A stretch of 64,000 nt of DNA. Source: Giardia intestinalis (lineage: Eukaryota). The stretch is taken from the NCBI GenBank assembly GCA_000002435.2, contig CM018790.1; one strand, written 5' to 3'. Of this stretch, positions 10,352-19,763 are shown piece by piece (the stretch's first letter is position 1; every line of letters starts with the position of its first letter). A model generated the notes under the pieces. That model saw only the letters and a program-made list of their open reading frames with translations. It searched no databases and was not told where the DNA came from. Made by a program: the position numbers and the translations under genes.

Positions 10352-13300
10352 TCACTGATAAGGTTCATGGCATAAAGGGCAAACACTTAGGTGCGTCTTA
10401 CCCATGGTGGCCAATGAGCGACACATCTGACACAGCACTGTTTTGTCCATTTTGTCCGACTTAATTGGCTGCCCCGTACGGACACAAATGGGTGTTTGCC
10501 AGTGACACTTTTCACACATTCCGCAGTACGGTGGAAGAAGTGTATTGCAGTGACCACAGTTTATCTGATAGTTGTCCTTTCGCTTGCTCGGGACAGATGT
10601 GATATTGTATTCGCTGTATATTAGCACAGACATCTGCTCCAGCTGATCCCGCTCAGACGCCGGGAGCTCTGTGTCTGCTTCGATAAGTTCCAGCAAGTTG
10701 GATGCCAATTCAAAATCACCAAATAACAACGCTGCCTGTGCTGCAATTGGCAGGGCTATGCGGCTTAGGTACTGGATACACGGATCAGCAGAGCTCTGAG
10801 AGTCGTTTGTGCGGTGGTAGTAGTTTGCTGCCTCTATAGCAGGCCAAAGGGCCTGTTCGGGATTGCCTATGTAAAGCATGTACGACGAAAGTACTATGAA
10901 TCTGGTTTGCCTGGCGATGCGCCATATGACAGGGACTGAGCGCAGACGCGACTGGGCGTTCTCGAGCTCATGCTCCAAGGAGCTAGCTTCTTTACCAGTA
11001 TTCTTCGCCTTCACGTCATGGACAGCCTTGGAGTTGTCATCCTCATTAATAAATGTGTCTATCGCAGCATTGGTGGCCTGCTCAGTCAACATGCAATCGG
11101 GCGCTGCAGACGCATGTGCTTGTAGATTCTTTTTTGCTTGCTCTCGCTGCACATAGGTGGCTTCTTTACCAGCTAGGACTATAATGCGACGCAGCTTGCT
11201 AAAAAGGCCCGGTGGCATGGGAAATGTTCTATTGACAAAGATCGTCTGAAGCTCTTTTAATACCAAGTTGATAATCACTGCCGCAATGACCTCCCCCTGT
11301 TTGGTTTTGCGCAGCAACTCTAACGCCCCTTGGTCGTCACCAGCAGCAAGCAACTGCTTTAAGTAGACGGATAGTTCACGATCTATAATGTGTAGAATAT
11401 TGTGCTTTCCGGCTATGGCAGCCGCTATGTCAAACCGTTTGAGCTGCAATGATATGTGGACGGCGCTGTGAGGGTCGTTAACGCGCACAAGAGCTTCAGA
11501 CGCACCCTCTACGTCTCCGAGCCTCGCCAGCATGACAGCCACCTTGGCAATGCAGTTTGCAAATTCATCCACAGGAAGAGAAACCGCTAGCGCCTTAAGC
11601 TCTGCGTATCTTCGTGCAGCAAACAAACTTTCAGCATAAAGATAGGGATCTCCGGACTTCTGAAGAAAGTCACTAGCAATTGCATACTGTTGCTGGCGCA
11701 TGTAGTATAGCCCAATCGACTTGTGCGCTTTTTCGAGAAGCTTGTCGTCTATGAGGAGATTGCCACCTGGAGTGCGGGATAGCTTCGCTGCCCTTATAAT
11801 GGATAGCCACATTTGTAGGTCTGTCTGCGTCTTGACTATCAAGTCAGGACGTCCCAGAACCTGTTTGTATACGTGTTCTGCAGAGCTGAAGTTTCCGATG
11901 AGCATAAGCATTTCAGCACGCCTCTGATCTTGCGACTGCAGCCGTAGGAGCGACTCACAAAAGTTGTATGAGACATAGTCCCCTGCACGAATGTAGAAGT
12001 AGCTTGCTACCTCAAGACGCAAAGTAATTAAGCTGGCCTCCGCCACTATCCGGTAAAGGTGAACGGAGGGATGACTCTTCACGTACTCAACTGCTCCAGC
12101 CAGGTTGATAGATATCTGGCCGTCTTTACTATAGAGAGCCTGGCTGGTTTGTGTACTTGGCTGGCTTGAGTTGCTGGCCGTGACGTCTAGGCCCGAATCA
12201 ACCATATCCCCCACAGGTTGCTGGCCCCGCACGGGTTTGATGGCGATTGTCTTCGGAGCGACTGAGTCGAAGAGAGAGCTGGGGACGCCCGACTTAGAGT
12301 CACTTGTTAGTGATATCATGTTCTTGTTGAGGCAGCCTCTGTTCAGTGCAGCATCGACCAGGGGATTAAAGGACTCCGGTGCTTGCTGCTGTCCAAAGAT
12401 AATCTCTTGTAGCTCCCGCAACATCTGCGTTTCTAAGACGTAGTAGGCATGATCGAGAGACGAAATATTGTGTGAGACCTCATCCAGGTATGATGCAATT
12501 ATTGACAGCCCTGAGAACCCTATGATATGGGCAGAGGTTTGAATCGAGTCCTCTCTTGTCTGCGTATCAAGGTGGAAAACAATTACCTTGTACTGAGAAG
12601 AGACGGCGACGAGGTTGGGGTCCTCTGGGCTAAAGACAAGACCCCAGATTCCAATTAGTTCTGGCGAATAAGGTGGAATCGTAGACACACCTCCTGATCT
12701 GGCCTGAGCAGAGTCCTGAAGAAGCTCTCCTGAGCTCACATTGACATTTTTGAGAACGCTATTCTTAATGACGTATGGGGCGCTTTCTGTCTCCACAACA
12801 GAGTCCTGTCCAAAGCCCAGCGCAGCTGCAGTATCCGCATCTGTGTCCAATAGTGTAAGATGGGCCTGAGCCTGTGGTGGTTTAGGAGCTGGTTGTTGTT
12901 TTTGTTGCTGTTGCTCTGCGGGATTGTGATGGGCATAAAGAAACTCTGAATAGTATGACTGAGTGTAGTAAAAAACAAGGGATCCATCTTCGTGAAGACA
13001 TGCCAATACCGTTCCGTTGCAATTTGTTTGCATGTATTCCTGGTTGGGCTTTATGGTCATTGTTTCTAAAAGCGTAAGAGAAGGGAGGGAGTATCGTTGG
13101 ACTCTCTCATCCTGACGAGCGACGAAGAGGGCCACATCACAGCAGGCAACTCCCACTATCGGATTGTTGACCGTTAGTCGAGCAACTGTCAGCTCACGGT
13201 CTTGTGCTAACGGGTAAGAATCAGCATGCCATTCATAGACGTACGACACGTTTTCAGCATCAACCAAGCCTATCGCTTCATTGGCAAGACCCCGTATATC

Positions 13301-14974
13301 GACTACAGAAATACGACTGGAGCTGGCGCAAACAAGATAGTTCCCAGACCCTGCAGTGTAAAACGGGACGTAGGGGAGATCTATCGAGAAGATCGGGGCA
13401 CATACACTTGTATAAAAGCAGATATGCGTGTGATGTTTCCGCGTGCCACTGGTGTTCGTTTTGAGAGTTAGAATCGCAATGTAGCTCTTGCATCCTACAA
13501 CTGCGATCATCCGTGCCGGCCATCGCTGATAAGGAGCCTGCAAACCGGGCTTCCAGAAGAGTACACACTCGTTACACCGTGCACGATCCAGGATACGCTC
13601 CTCAAAACTAGAGATCGCCGAGCTAGGTGCCTCTTCTGCTGTCTTCTTGCTGAACAAGGCGCCTACATTCATTGGGGGCCGCTGAGTATCGTCTACAAAG
13701 CTTGCTGTGCTTAGAATGGTTGAGGTATAGTTGCTCATAGTAAATGCCATAGTCCCGTCATTCATAAGATAGTGATTGTAGGACGGACGCACCGTGGCGA
13801 TGTATATATTCTTGCCCGCTGCTAACACTAGACGGAGTCCCGTAGAGTCCCAAGAGGAGGAGGTAGCCACTCTTTCTGGCAATCTTAGCCGTGAAATAGT
13901 GGCCAGATCTGCAGTTCTATAGACTACAACAATTGCGGTGTGCTTAGTACTATCTCCAGAGACACCCTGGTTACCTCTAAGCTGATGCAAACCGAAGTTA
14001 GAGTCAGAAGATTGCACAGAACCTGTAATACAGAGCATGTGACTTCCTGGAGACAACTGGACATTAACTGGTATAATCTCGGTTGAAACAGAAGATAGGA
14101 GCTCCCCTGTTAGTACAGAGTAGACGCAGAGCATCCCATTTGAAGTAACGGCGATCAGTGTCATGGAGTCCCCGGAGAAGGAGTTGATCTTAATTTGCGG
14201 CATAGAAGAGCCATTGCATGCAGGATCGCGTGATGGACTCAGAGCCGTGAGCTGAGCAGACTCTGACGAGTGCCCCCAGCAACCATGAACGAAGTGGTTA
14301 TCGCTATTTGTTGCCAGCAATGGAGAGACGCTCCAGACCTCCTCTCCACTGAAATTATAGCAGCAAATAGCGTTTCCCCACGCCAATATAAACACTTCGA
14401 TGGCGTTACTAGCAATTAGCCCAAACTTGGGGGCAGAGCCCTTGTTGATGGTGCCATTGTAAATCCTGTGCCCTGAAGCAGTACCGAGCATCACCAGACC
14501 ATTAACGTAGACCATCAGAATGCGGCTAGCATCCGGGGACCAAGTTGTTGTTACAACTGCTGCTCGATTTGAGTCATTGACCAGATTCCGCACCCACTTC
14601 CCCGTGTCTGTAGAGGAGATAAACACGAGCCCTCGGTTATCGCTTGTTGCTAGTTTTGTTTCTTTCTCATTCCACGCGATGCTTGTTATAAGTGCGTTAT
14701 CGTGAAGGCTGAGCTTCTTATCCATGAGAATCCTTACGTTGCGAGTAGACGTGCGCAGATCAGAGATATTATAGCCCTGCTCCGATAACGAATTGAAGTC
14801 TAGAAGCAGGATGCGAATAGACCCCGTCTGCCCTCCAGCAGCTATATAGTTCTCAGTCTTGTTCCAGGCAACCAGAACGACTTCCTCGCCTGTGTCAGTG
14901 AACTCTAAACACTTTAGAATGAAGGCGGTGGAGGGCATTAGCGCTGGTAATTTGCAAGAGAAATTAAAAAACAT
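10352..14974 (-). CDS. IFT121: Intraflagellar transport protein IFT121 (WDR35) homologue
   Basis: N-terminus MFFNFSCKL..KCLEF..VAWNKTENYIAAGGQTGSIRILLLD aligns with WDR35 ([35 protein letters not shown]). It has tandem WD40 propellers, a TPR-like solenoid, and a C-terminal zinc-ribbon-like tail (CGHC..CGMCEKC..CPLCHEPYQ, compare WDR35 ..CPLCHSP). Confidence 0.8.
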   Translation of the reverse strand: MFFNFSCKLPALMPSTAFILKCLEFTDTGEEVVLVAWNKTENYIAAGGQTGSIRILLLDFNSLSEQGYNISDLRTSTRNVRILMDKKLSLHDNALITSIAWNEKETKLATSDNRGLVFISSTDTGKWVRNLVNDSNRAAVVTTTWSPDASRILMVYVNGLVMLGTASGHRIYNGTINKGSAPKFGLIASNAIEVFILAWGNAICCYNFSGEEVWSVSPLLATNSDNHFVHGCWGHSSESAQLTALSPSRDPACNGSSMPQIKINSFSGDSMTLIAVTSNGMLCVYSVLTGELLSSVSTEIIPVNVQLSPGSHMLCITGSVQSSDSNFGLHQLRGNQGVSGDSTKHTAIVVVYRTADLATISRLRLPERVATSSSWDSTGLRLVLAAGKNIYIATVRPSYNHYLMNDGTMAFTMSNYTSTILSTASFVDDTQRPPMNVGALFSKKTAEEAPSSAISSFEERILDRARCNECVLFWKPGLQAPYQRWPARMIAVVGCKSYIAILTLKTNTSGTRKHHTHICFYTSVCAPIFSIDLPYVPFYTAGSGNYLVCASSSRISVVDIRGLANEAIGLVDAENVSYVYEWHADSYPLAQDRELTVARLTVNNPIVGVACCDVALFVARQDERVQRYSLPSLTLLETMTIKPNQEYMQTNCNGTVLACLHEDGSLVFYYTQSYYSEFLYAHHNPAEQQQQKQQPAPKPPQAQAHLTLLDTDADTAAALGFGQDSVVETESAPYVIKNSVLKNVNVSSGELLQDSAQARSGGVSTIPPYSPELIGIWGLVFSPEDPNLVAVSSQYKVIVFHLDTQTREDSIQTSAHIIGFSGLSIIASYLDEVSHNISSLDHAYYVLETQMLRELQEIIFGQQQAPESFNPLVDAALNRGCLNKNMISLTSDSKSGVPSSLFDSVAPKTIAIKPVRGQQPVGDMVDSGLDVTASNSSQPSTQTSQALYSKDGQISINLAGAVEYVKSHPSVHLYRIVAEASLITLRLEVASYFYIRAGDYVSYNFCESLLRLQSQDQRRAEMLMLIGNFSSAEHVYKQVLGRPDLIVKTQTDLQMWLSIIRAAKLSRTPGGNLLIDDKLLEKAHKSIGLYYMRQQQYAIASDFLQKSGDPYLYAESLFAARRYAELKALAVSLPVDEFANCIAKVAVMLARLGDVEGASEALVRVNDPHSAVHISLQLKRFDIAAAIAGKHNILHIIDRELSVYLKQLLAAGDDQGALELLRKTKQGEVIAAVIINLVLKELQTIFVNRTFPMPPGLFSKLRRIIVLAGKEATYVQREQAKKNLQAHASAAPDCMLTEQATNAAIDTFINEDDNSKAVHDVKAKNTGKEASSLEHELENAQSRLRSVPVIWRIARQTRFIVLSSYMLYIGNPEQALWPAIEAANYYHRTNDSQSSADPCIQYLSRIALPIAAQAALLFGDFELASNLLELIEADTELPASERDQLEQMSVLIYSEYNITSVPSKRKDNYQINCGHCNTLLPPYCGMCEKCHWQTPICVRTGQPIKSDKMDKTVLCQMCRSLATMGKTHLSVCPLCHEPYQ

Positions 14975-15065
14975 GAAAAGAAATCAGCTCACCAGAATTC
15001 AATCTATCCTAAAATTGTGCACTTCTTACAATTAGAATAATATAATAAATAATAGATTTAATCAG

Positions 15066-16931
15066 TCATACCCTATTAATTCGTTCATCTTCCCCTTCGC
15101 TCACAGGAAGAAAGATTGCAGAGGCGCTACAGAGATCGTCTTCGATCTCTCCATCCTCCTCACTGGGGTCAAACTGGGGCGGTAGGAGCTCTGTGGGAAC
15201 TCCCCGGGCAACAAGCTCGTCGATAACAAGGCGAGGTCCAGAGTAAGCACAGACATCCTGGGGAGTCACAGAGCCATAGTATTCGTTGCCAGCGTCTCCC
15301 ATATATGAAGTAATGGACCCTGCTTCTGAATACTCCTCGGAAGCGCTAAGAGCTGCATCGGTGTTCGACAACAACCGATGATGTCTGTGGGTTTCACGGC
15401 CCGCAAGGATCTGATGCATATTGCGATCGTGTAGGATGTTTGCTTGCGAGATCATGCTAGAATTGGACGAGTCCACCACAAGTGATGGCGTCACCATAGA
15501 CGGATAACCCTGCTCTATCTCCTCATCAGTAGTGCTTACTAAGCTTGCAACAGATGTAGAGGTTATTGCACGAAGTTTGGTAGAAGCCGGTGTCTCTGTG
15601 CTGCCATCAGTGCCCTTAACGGATGGAACTGACATAGTGCCTCGTGACAGGTAGTCTGTCAGTAGCAACGTTTTAGAACAAGGATGCTCGTTCTCCCTTT
15701 CTTTCACAGCGCTTGGAGCCTGGTCTGTCGGCCACTCGACTTGGGGCATTATAGGTGTGCGTCTGCCGTTACTGACTGGAATGTCATTTTTGTTGTGCTG
15801 ATTGTTTTTGTCACGAGCTGTGTGGGACTCTTGGTTCGAGCCATACGTAGAGAGAGAAACCCTGCTAGTGAAGATGTGAGTGATTTGTTGCAGCGTTTGC
15901 TTTCCTGTTTGTGTGCTGCCCCCAATGGCTGAGAATTGTGGCTCATGTACCATACTTGCTATTCGCCGGTGCATTATAGCGCCATCCCGGAGGGTGGGGT
16001 GCTTTATAGTGTGTGTAGCCGACCCTAGACTCGTGTACCCCTGGTCATAGAGAGTACAGTAGTGTATGCGGAACCTCTTGAGAAAGTCCCAAACATCGAC
16101 ATAAGACCAGTACAGTATGGGGCACACCCTCATGAACTGCGGCCACGAGGGAGAGCAGTGGGAAAAGATGGTTGTCTTCCCATTAGGGTCTGTAGACCGG
16201 ACGCCCATGAAGACCGCGTCTGAGTGATAGTCGTTATAGAAGTTGACAATGCAGTTCTTGAAGCTCGTGCCCAAATACACCACTGTCCCTAGGTTCTGTT
16301 CGTGATCTATGAGACACATAAACTTCATCACCTGCTTTATCTGAACCTCATTGTGAACGTAGAAGAAAATAAACCGCGAACGAAGCAATTCATGGGGGGT
16401 GATGCTTTCAAAATCTGAGTTTTCCTCTATGACCGCCTGAAGACAGGCTGCACGGATTAGGTACAGAACAACGGTATTGTCCTTTCCTCCGTTGAAGCTA
16501 AATGCCAGTCGTCGGTATTGGCGCATGGCCGCACGAATGACCACAAGGGCTTGGTATATCTTCTGCGCAAACTGAAGCTCTAGGGAATCATTAACCAGAG
16601 GTGTCTCAGTTGATTCAGTGGAGGATGGATTGAGGCGCACGTCATTATTATCAGCCATATGTCTAATTTCATTAGGAGGCCGCACAGGGTTAAGGTCACT
16701 CGTTTGGCGTGGGTTGTTGCTGGCACTAATGGTGGCAGATTGTGGCGATTCTTGGTCACCAGTGGGGCCATTAGTGAAATTGGCCGCCTTCTGGGCAAAT
16801 TCAAGGATACTCTTACACTCGGGGAACCACTCGGAACCCTTGGGAATAACGGAGTCTGGGTTCAAAAGGATAGCCTCTTCCTTCCGCGGGGGTGAAAAGA
16901 GAAACTCGGGATAGGTATGATGAGTGCTCAT
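15066..16931 (-). CDS. FAD synthase (FMN adenylyltransferase), PAPS-reductase-like fold
   Basis: FSFNGGKDNTVVLYL .. VFMGVRSTDPNG .. WPQFMRVCPILYWSYVDVWDFLKRF..HYCTLYDQGYTSLG matches the FLAD1/Fad1 catalytic domain nearly motif for motif. It has a long low-complexity C-terminal tail. Confidence 0.8.
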   Translation of the reverse strand: MSTHHTYPEFLFSPPRKEEAILLNPDSVIPKGSEWFPECKSILEFAQKAANFTNGPTGDQESPQSATISASNNPRQTSDLNPVRPPNEIRHMADNNDVRLNPSSTESTETPLVNDSLELQFAQKIYQALVVIRAAMRQYRRLAFSFNGGKDNTVVLYLIRAACLQAVIEENSDFESITPHELLRSRFIFFYVHNEVQIKQVMKFMCLIDHEQNLGTVVYLGTSFKNCIVNFYNDYHSDAVFMGVRSTDPNGKTTIFSHCSPSWPQFMRVCPILYWSYVDVWDFLKRFRIHYCTLYDQGYTSLGSATHTIKHPTLRDGAIMHRRIASMVHEPQFSAIGGSTQTGKQTLQQITHIFTSRVSLSTYGSNQESHTARDKNNQHNKNDIPVSNGRRTPIMPQVEWPTDQAPSAVKERENEHPCSKTLLLTDYLSRGTMSVPSVKGTDGSTETPASTKLRAITSTSVASLVSTTDEEIEQGYPSMVTPSLVVDSSNSSMISQANILHDRNMHQILAGRETHRHHRLLSNTDAALSASEEYSEAGSITSYMGDAGNEYYGSVTPQDVCAYSGPRLVIDELVARGVPTELLPPQFDPSEEDGEIEDDLCSASAIFLPVSEGEDERINRV

Positions 16932-16981
16932 AAAATTAAGTTAAAACAAAGCACGGGACGTGCGGAAGCAACCGTCTGCTA

Positions 16982-17542
16982 ATGGACGTGAACACGCAGA
17001 CATGTGCCCACGCAATCCTCTTCTCGGATCTTGATGACCTGTTTTGGGAAACTGCCACCGAGAACGAGGCTATTTGTCAGACAGACCCTTTTCAGGTTGC
17101 GACCTGGACGGATACACACCTGGATACGGGTGCCAACACACCAGATCTATCTGCTAGTGCTCCACAGCTGCACCGCAACACCCGTAGTACGCCCCTGGAG
17201 CTCAGGTTGAAGGTCGTCCAGCTCCGAGAGCAGCAGTCCCTACCGTTCTCCACGATTTCCTCAATGTTGGCAATGCCTCTGACAACCGTGAAGTCCATAT
17301 GGCAGACGTACCGGCGGGAGGGGCGTGTGAAGCCACTCCAGGGAGGGGGCTGGAACCAGCGGCCAGACCGCATGACAGTCGACGCCCGGGTTTCGGGGCC
17401 TGTCCAAGCCCGGATTCTTGAGCTCCGCGCCGCGCACGCCTCGCTCCGGGCCATCTCGGACAGCGTCTGGCGCGAGTACGGGGTCCGGGTCTCGCGGTCG
17501 GCGTGCGGGGCGTTGCTCCAACGGCTGAAGACCCGTGAGTAA
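16982..17542 (+). CDS. Paired-domain-like bipartite helix-turn-helix protein (Pax-like factor, or the orphan N-terminal DNA-binding domain of a Tc1/mariner-type transposase)
   Basis: Residues 75-185 (LRLKVVQLREQQSLPFSTISSMLAMPLTTVKSIWQTYRREGRVKP..GGGW..PDRMT.. then ILELRAAHASLRAISDSVWREYGVRVSRSACGALLQRL) follow the two-HTH paired/Tc1 pattern. No DDE catalytic domain lies downstream: the ORF stops 54 nt before a tRNA. GC3 is very high. Confidence 0.5.
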   Translation: MDVNTQTCAHAILFSDLDDLFWETATENEAICQTDPFQVATWTDTHLDTGANTPDLSASAPQLHRNTRSTPLELRLKVVQLREQQSLPFSTISSMLAMPLTTVKSIWQTYRREGRVKPLQGGGWNQRPDRMTVDARVSGPVQARILELRAAHASLRAISDSVWREYGVRVSRSACGALLQRLKTRE

Positions 17543-19763
17543 ACACACGGAAAATAGAGATAGGAAATCTATCGCCTGGTGTGGGCGACGGGCGCGCTCG
17601 CGTGGTGTAGTTGGTTATCACATTCGTTTCACGTACGAAGGGTCTAGGGTTCGAATCCCTACGCGAGCATCTTCCGTTCACTCTCTCCACGAGCCGGAAC
17701 CCGACGAGGGATCGGGGCACGAACCTGTCCCGGTGCCACGGGGCCGGCGGGAGCTGGATGTTGTAGCGCGGGACGAACGCCGGCCCAGGGGGTTCCTGGT
17801 CCGGCACGGGGGTGTCGGCCTCGTTGGGGGCGCTGAGAAGGCTAATGCTGCTGTAGCTCTCCGCGCGGGCCAACGTCGTGTCGTGCTCGTCCCTATCATC
17901 GAAGAGCGTGGACCAGGGAATCTCGTCCGAGTTAGACGGGCTCGATCCTGCGGGAGCCGCAGACTTGGTCGCAGAAGACGCATCAGGCTTCACTTTCTTC
18001 AGAGAGGGCTCGCAATCTGTGCAGGCCTGCTCGCCTGCGGCAGTGTTAATAGGGTTGTAAGGCTTGTTGAATCGGAGGCTCGGCGGCAAAATGCAGCGCC
18101 TCTTTACCTGCAAAACCCTGGTTAACAGCCTGCTTAAGCAGCAATGCGTCGGTGTGGTGCTTTTGATGTAAGGGTTCAGAAGGGTGCGATATGCTGTGAT
18201 GCTAACGACACTTGTGTAAGAGGTGCCCAAGAGCCCTAACCAGGAAAGGTATGTTCGGGCATCGATACAGGCCGTTTCCTTGATCGGGTAGCCAGACGGT
18301 GCCGCACCCAGCAGCAAATTATCACTAGCCCTGCACGACGCCGTCAGTGTGGCGCTGACCTCTTGAACCGCGGGGTCACTTGCGTCGCAGATGACCTTCA
18401 CGCAGCCAGAAAGCTTTCCAGAGATGTAGGAGAGAGTCGCTAAGAAATCACCGGAAGAGCCCCCTATCAATATGGCATGCTGCAAAATAAAGCTGCACTT
18501 GTAGTTACGGGTGAAGTACATGGGATCGCGCTTGACGAAAAAGAGGTGGTAGAATTTGACATCGCTTCCGTCAGCGGCGTTGAGGCCAGACACCATATTT
18601 ATATTTCTTCTGTATGCATGAGAGAGCTCTGGCGTTCGCCGTATCTGGTCTGTCATGTAAGTGCAGTAGTCGTTTCGACAACCCTCAAAGAGGCTTGAAA
18701 AGGCCTCGGCAAACTCTCCGGTAAGATTGTGCAGGAAGCAGATGGCGTCGATGAGGCTCCAGCAGTAGTAGATTACGTCCCAGATTGGCGTTTTACAGCT
18801 GAAGAGGGAGCATTCATAAAAAGGTTTGTCTATGCCGGTGAAGGCAGGAAAATCGAAGGCATGAGCGGCAGCGGGCGGAGCAGACGCGCTCGTCCTCTCC
18901 TCGCCGGGCCGTTGCTGTATCGTGGGAAGCTTCGGCTCACTCCGTGTAAGGACCTCTGACCTGAGGCCATCTGATGGAGTGCCCGTCGGCTGTAAACGCG
19001 CTACTGCAAGCAGAGTGCTTCTGTTTTGCCTTCCAGAAAGCCTCTCTGAGGGGTCGGATTGCGCCACTACCCTGCTTTCCATAGTGAAGTTGTCCTTCAA
19101 GAATACGGAGCTTGCCGCAACAGGGGCTGTGGTAAGGCGAGGCAGCATCTCTGTAGATGCGGCATCAGTGGCATGCTTTGCTGGCCCGCATTTTGGCCTC
19201 TTCACCTTAGACCCGCTGGGGTCTTGTACAGGTCTGCTCTGGGAGACGACCGACTGCGTCTCTGTCTTGATGCTTCGAGTCTGTGCTTTTTGCGCCGATG
19301 CATGAGCCAGTCGCTCAGCAGAGTCCTTCGTTGAGGAGGATGTCTGCTCTCGAACCATTGGGGGAGAACTTGAGTGATTGGAAAGAGGCCTCGGAAGGCT
19401 TTGGGAGGAACATGCCCCTCCCTTGTGTCCACAGTATGTCTTTTCCGCGCCTTTTATGGTCTGGTCGACCACAAATAGGTCCTTTTGGGAAAGAAAATAC
19501 TCTGTCGCAGCAATGAGGAGGGGCAAAGCCTTGCTAAGCTTCCTGCCGTAGAGGGGGATGACGACCCGTCTGAATAGCAAATGCATAACATCCCCCAGGT
19601 CTGCGTCCGGATCTATACGGGGAATTTGAGGCCTGGGCGCAGGCTTCGCGCCAGGAGGCTCAGAAACAGCCTCCTTGGGTTCTTCAAAGGTTGTCTTGGT
19701 GATATGCTTGGCCTCAAGGTGTCTGATGAGGTTGAAGAAAGAGTTGATGGCATATATTAGCAT
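17202..19763 (-). CDS. hypothetical protein; the 3' limit is uncertain because the ORF reads without a stop through the tRNA-Val and the 3' end of the Pax-like ORF
   Basis: An ATG is present at 19761-19763. Roughly 19763-18100 looks like ordinary coding sequence (a Cys-rich central domain and a low-complexity S/T/P tail). The GC3-rich tail continues to about 17700. Beyond that, the in-frame read-through to 17202 is probably an artefact of stop-codon-poor GC-rich DNA, or reflects a frameshift. Confidence 0.5.
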   Translation of the reverse strand: MLIYAINSFFNLIRHLEAKHITKTTFEEPKEAVSEPPGAKPAPRPQIPRIDPDADLGDVMHLLFRRVVIPLYGRKLSKALPLLIAATEYFLSQKDLFVVDQTIKGAEKTYCGHKGGACSSQSLPRPLSNHSSSPPMVREQTSSSTKDSAERLAHASAQKAQTRSIKTETQSVVSQSRPVQDPSGSKVKRPKCGPAKHATDAASTEMLPRLTTAPVAASSVFLKDNFTMESRVVAQSDPSERLSGRQNRSTLLAVARLQPTGTPSDGLRSEVLTRSEPKLPTIQQRPGEERTSASAPPAAAHAFDFPAFTGIDKPFYECSLFSCKTPIWDVIYYCWSLIDAICFLHNLTGEFAEAFSSLFEGCRNDYCTYMTDQIRRTPELSHAYRRNINMVSGLNAADGSDVKFYHLFFVKRDPMYFTRNYKCSFILQHAILIGGSSGDFLATLSYISGKLSGCVKVICDASDPAVQEVSATLTASCRASDNLLLGAAPSGYPIKETACIDARTYLSWLGLLGTSYTSVVSITAYRTLLNPYIKSTTPTHCCLSRLLTRVLQVKRRCILPPSLRFNKPYNPINTAAGEQACTDCEPSLKKVKPDASSATKSAAPAGSSPSNSDEIPWSTLFDDRDEHDTTLARAESYSSISLLSAPNEADTPVPDQEPPGPAFVPRYNIQLPPAPWHRDRFVPRSLVGFRLVERVNGRCSRRDSNPRPFVRETNVITNYTTRARPSPTPGDRFPISIFRVFTHGSSAVGATPRTPTARPGPRTRARRCPRWPGARRARRGAQESGLGQAPKPGRRLSCGLAAGSSPLPGVASHAPPAGTSAIWTSRLSEALPTLRKSWRTVGTAALGAGRPST
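17596..17669 (+). tRNA. tRNA-Val (anticodon CAC)
   Basis: Hand-folded cloverleaf. The acceptor stem is GCTCGCG/CGCGAGC. The D-arm is GTGTAGTTGGTTATCAC. The anticodon stem is TTCGT/ACGAA with loop TTCACGT (anticodon CAC). It has a 5-nt variable loop, T-arm TAGGG-TTCGAAT-CCCTA and discriminator A, with no encoded CCA. It is very close to canonical eukaryotic tRNA-Val. Confidence 0.85.

Noticed and set aside
17535-18125. 196-aa plus-strand ORF starting with GTG immediately before and through the tRNA-Val
   Set aside because: It has a GTG start, is Arg/Gly-rich nonsense, overlaps a canonical tRNA on the same strand, and lies in the GC-rich zone where ORFs arise by chance.
16982-19763. Interpreting the Pax-like HTH ORF plus the adjacent GC-rich DNA as an intact Tc1/mariner transposon
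   Set aside because: No DDE(D) catalytic ORF follows the HTH module. A tRNA and a convergent host gene occupy the space where a transposase core would be. I could not see terminal inverted repeats by eye. At most it is a remnant or domesticated domain.
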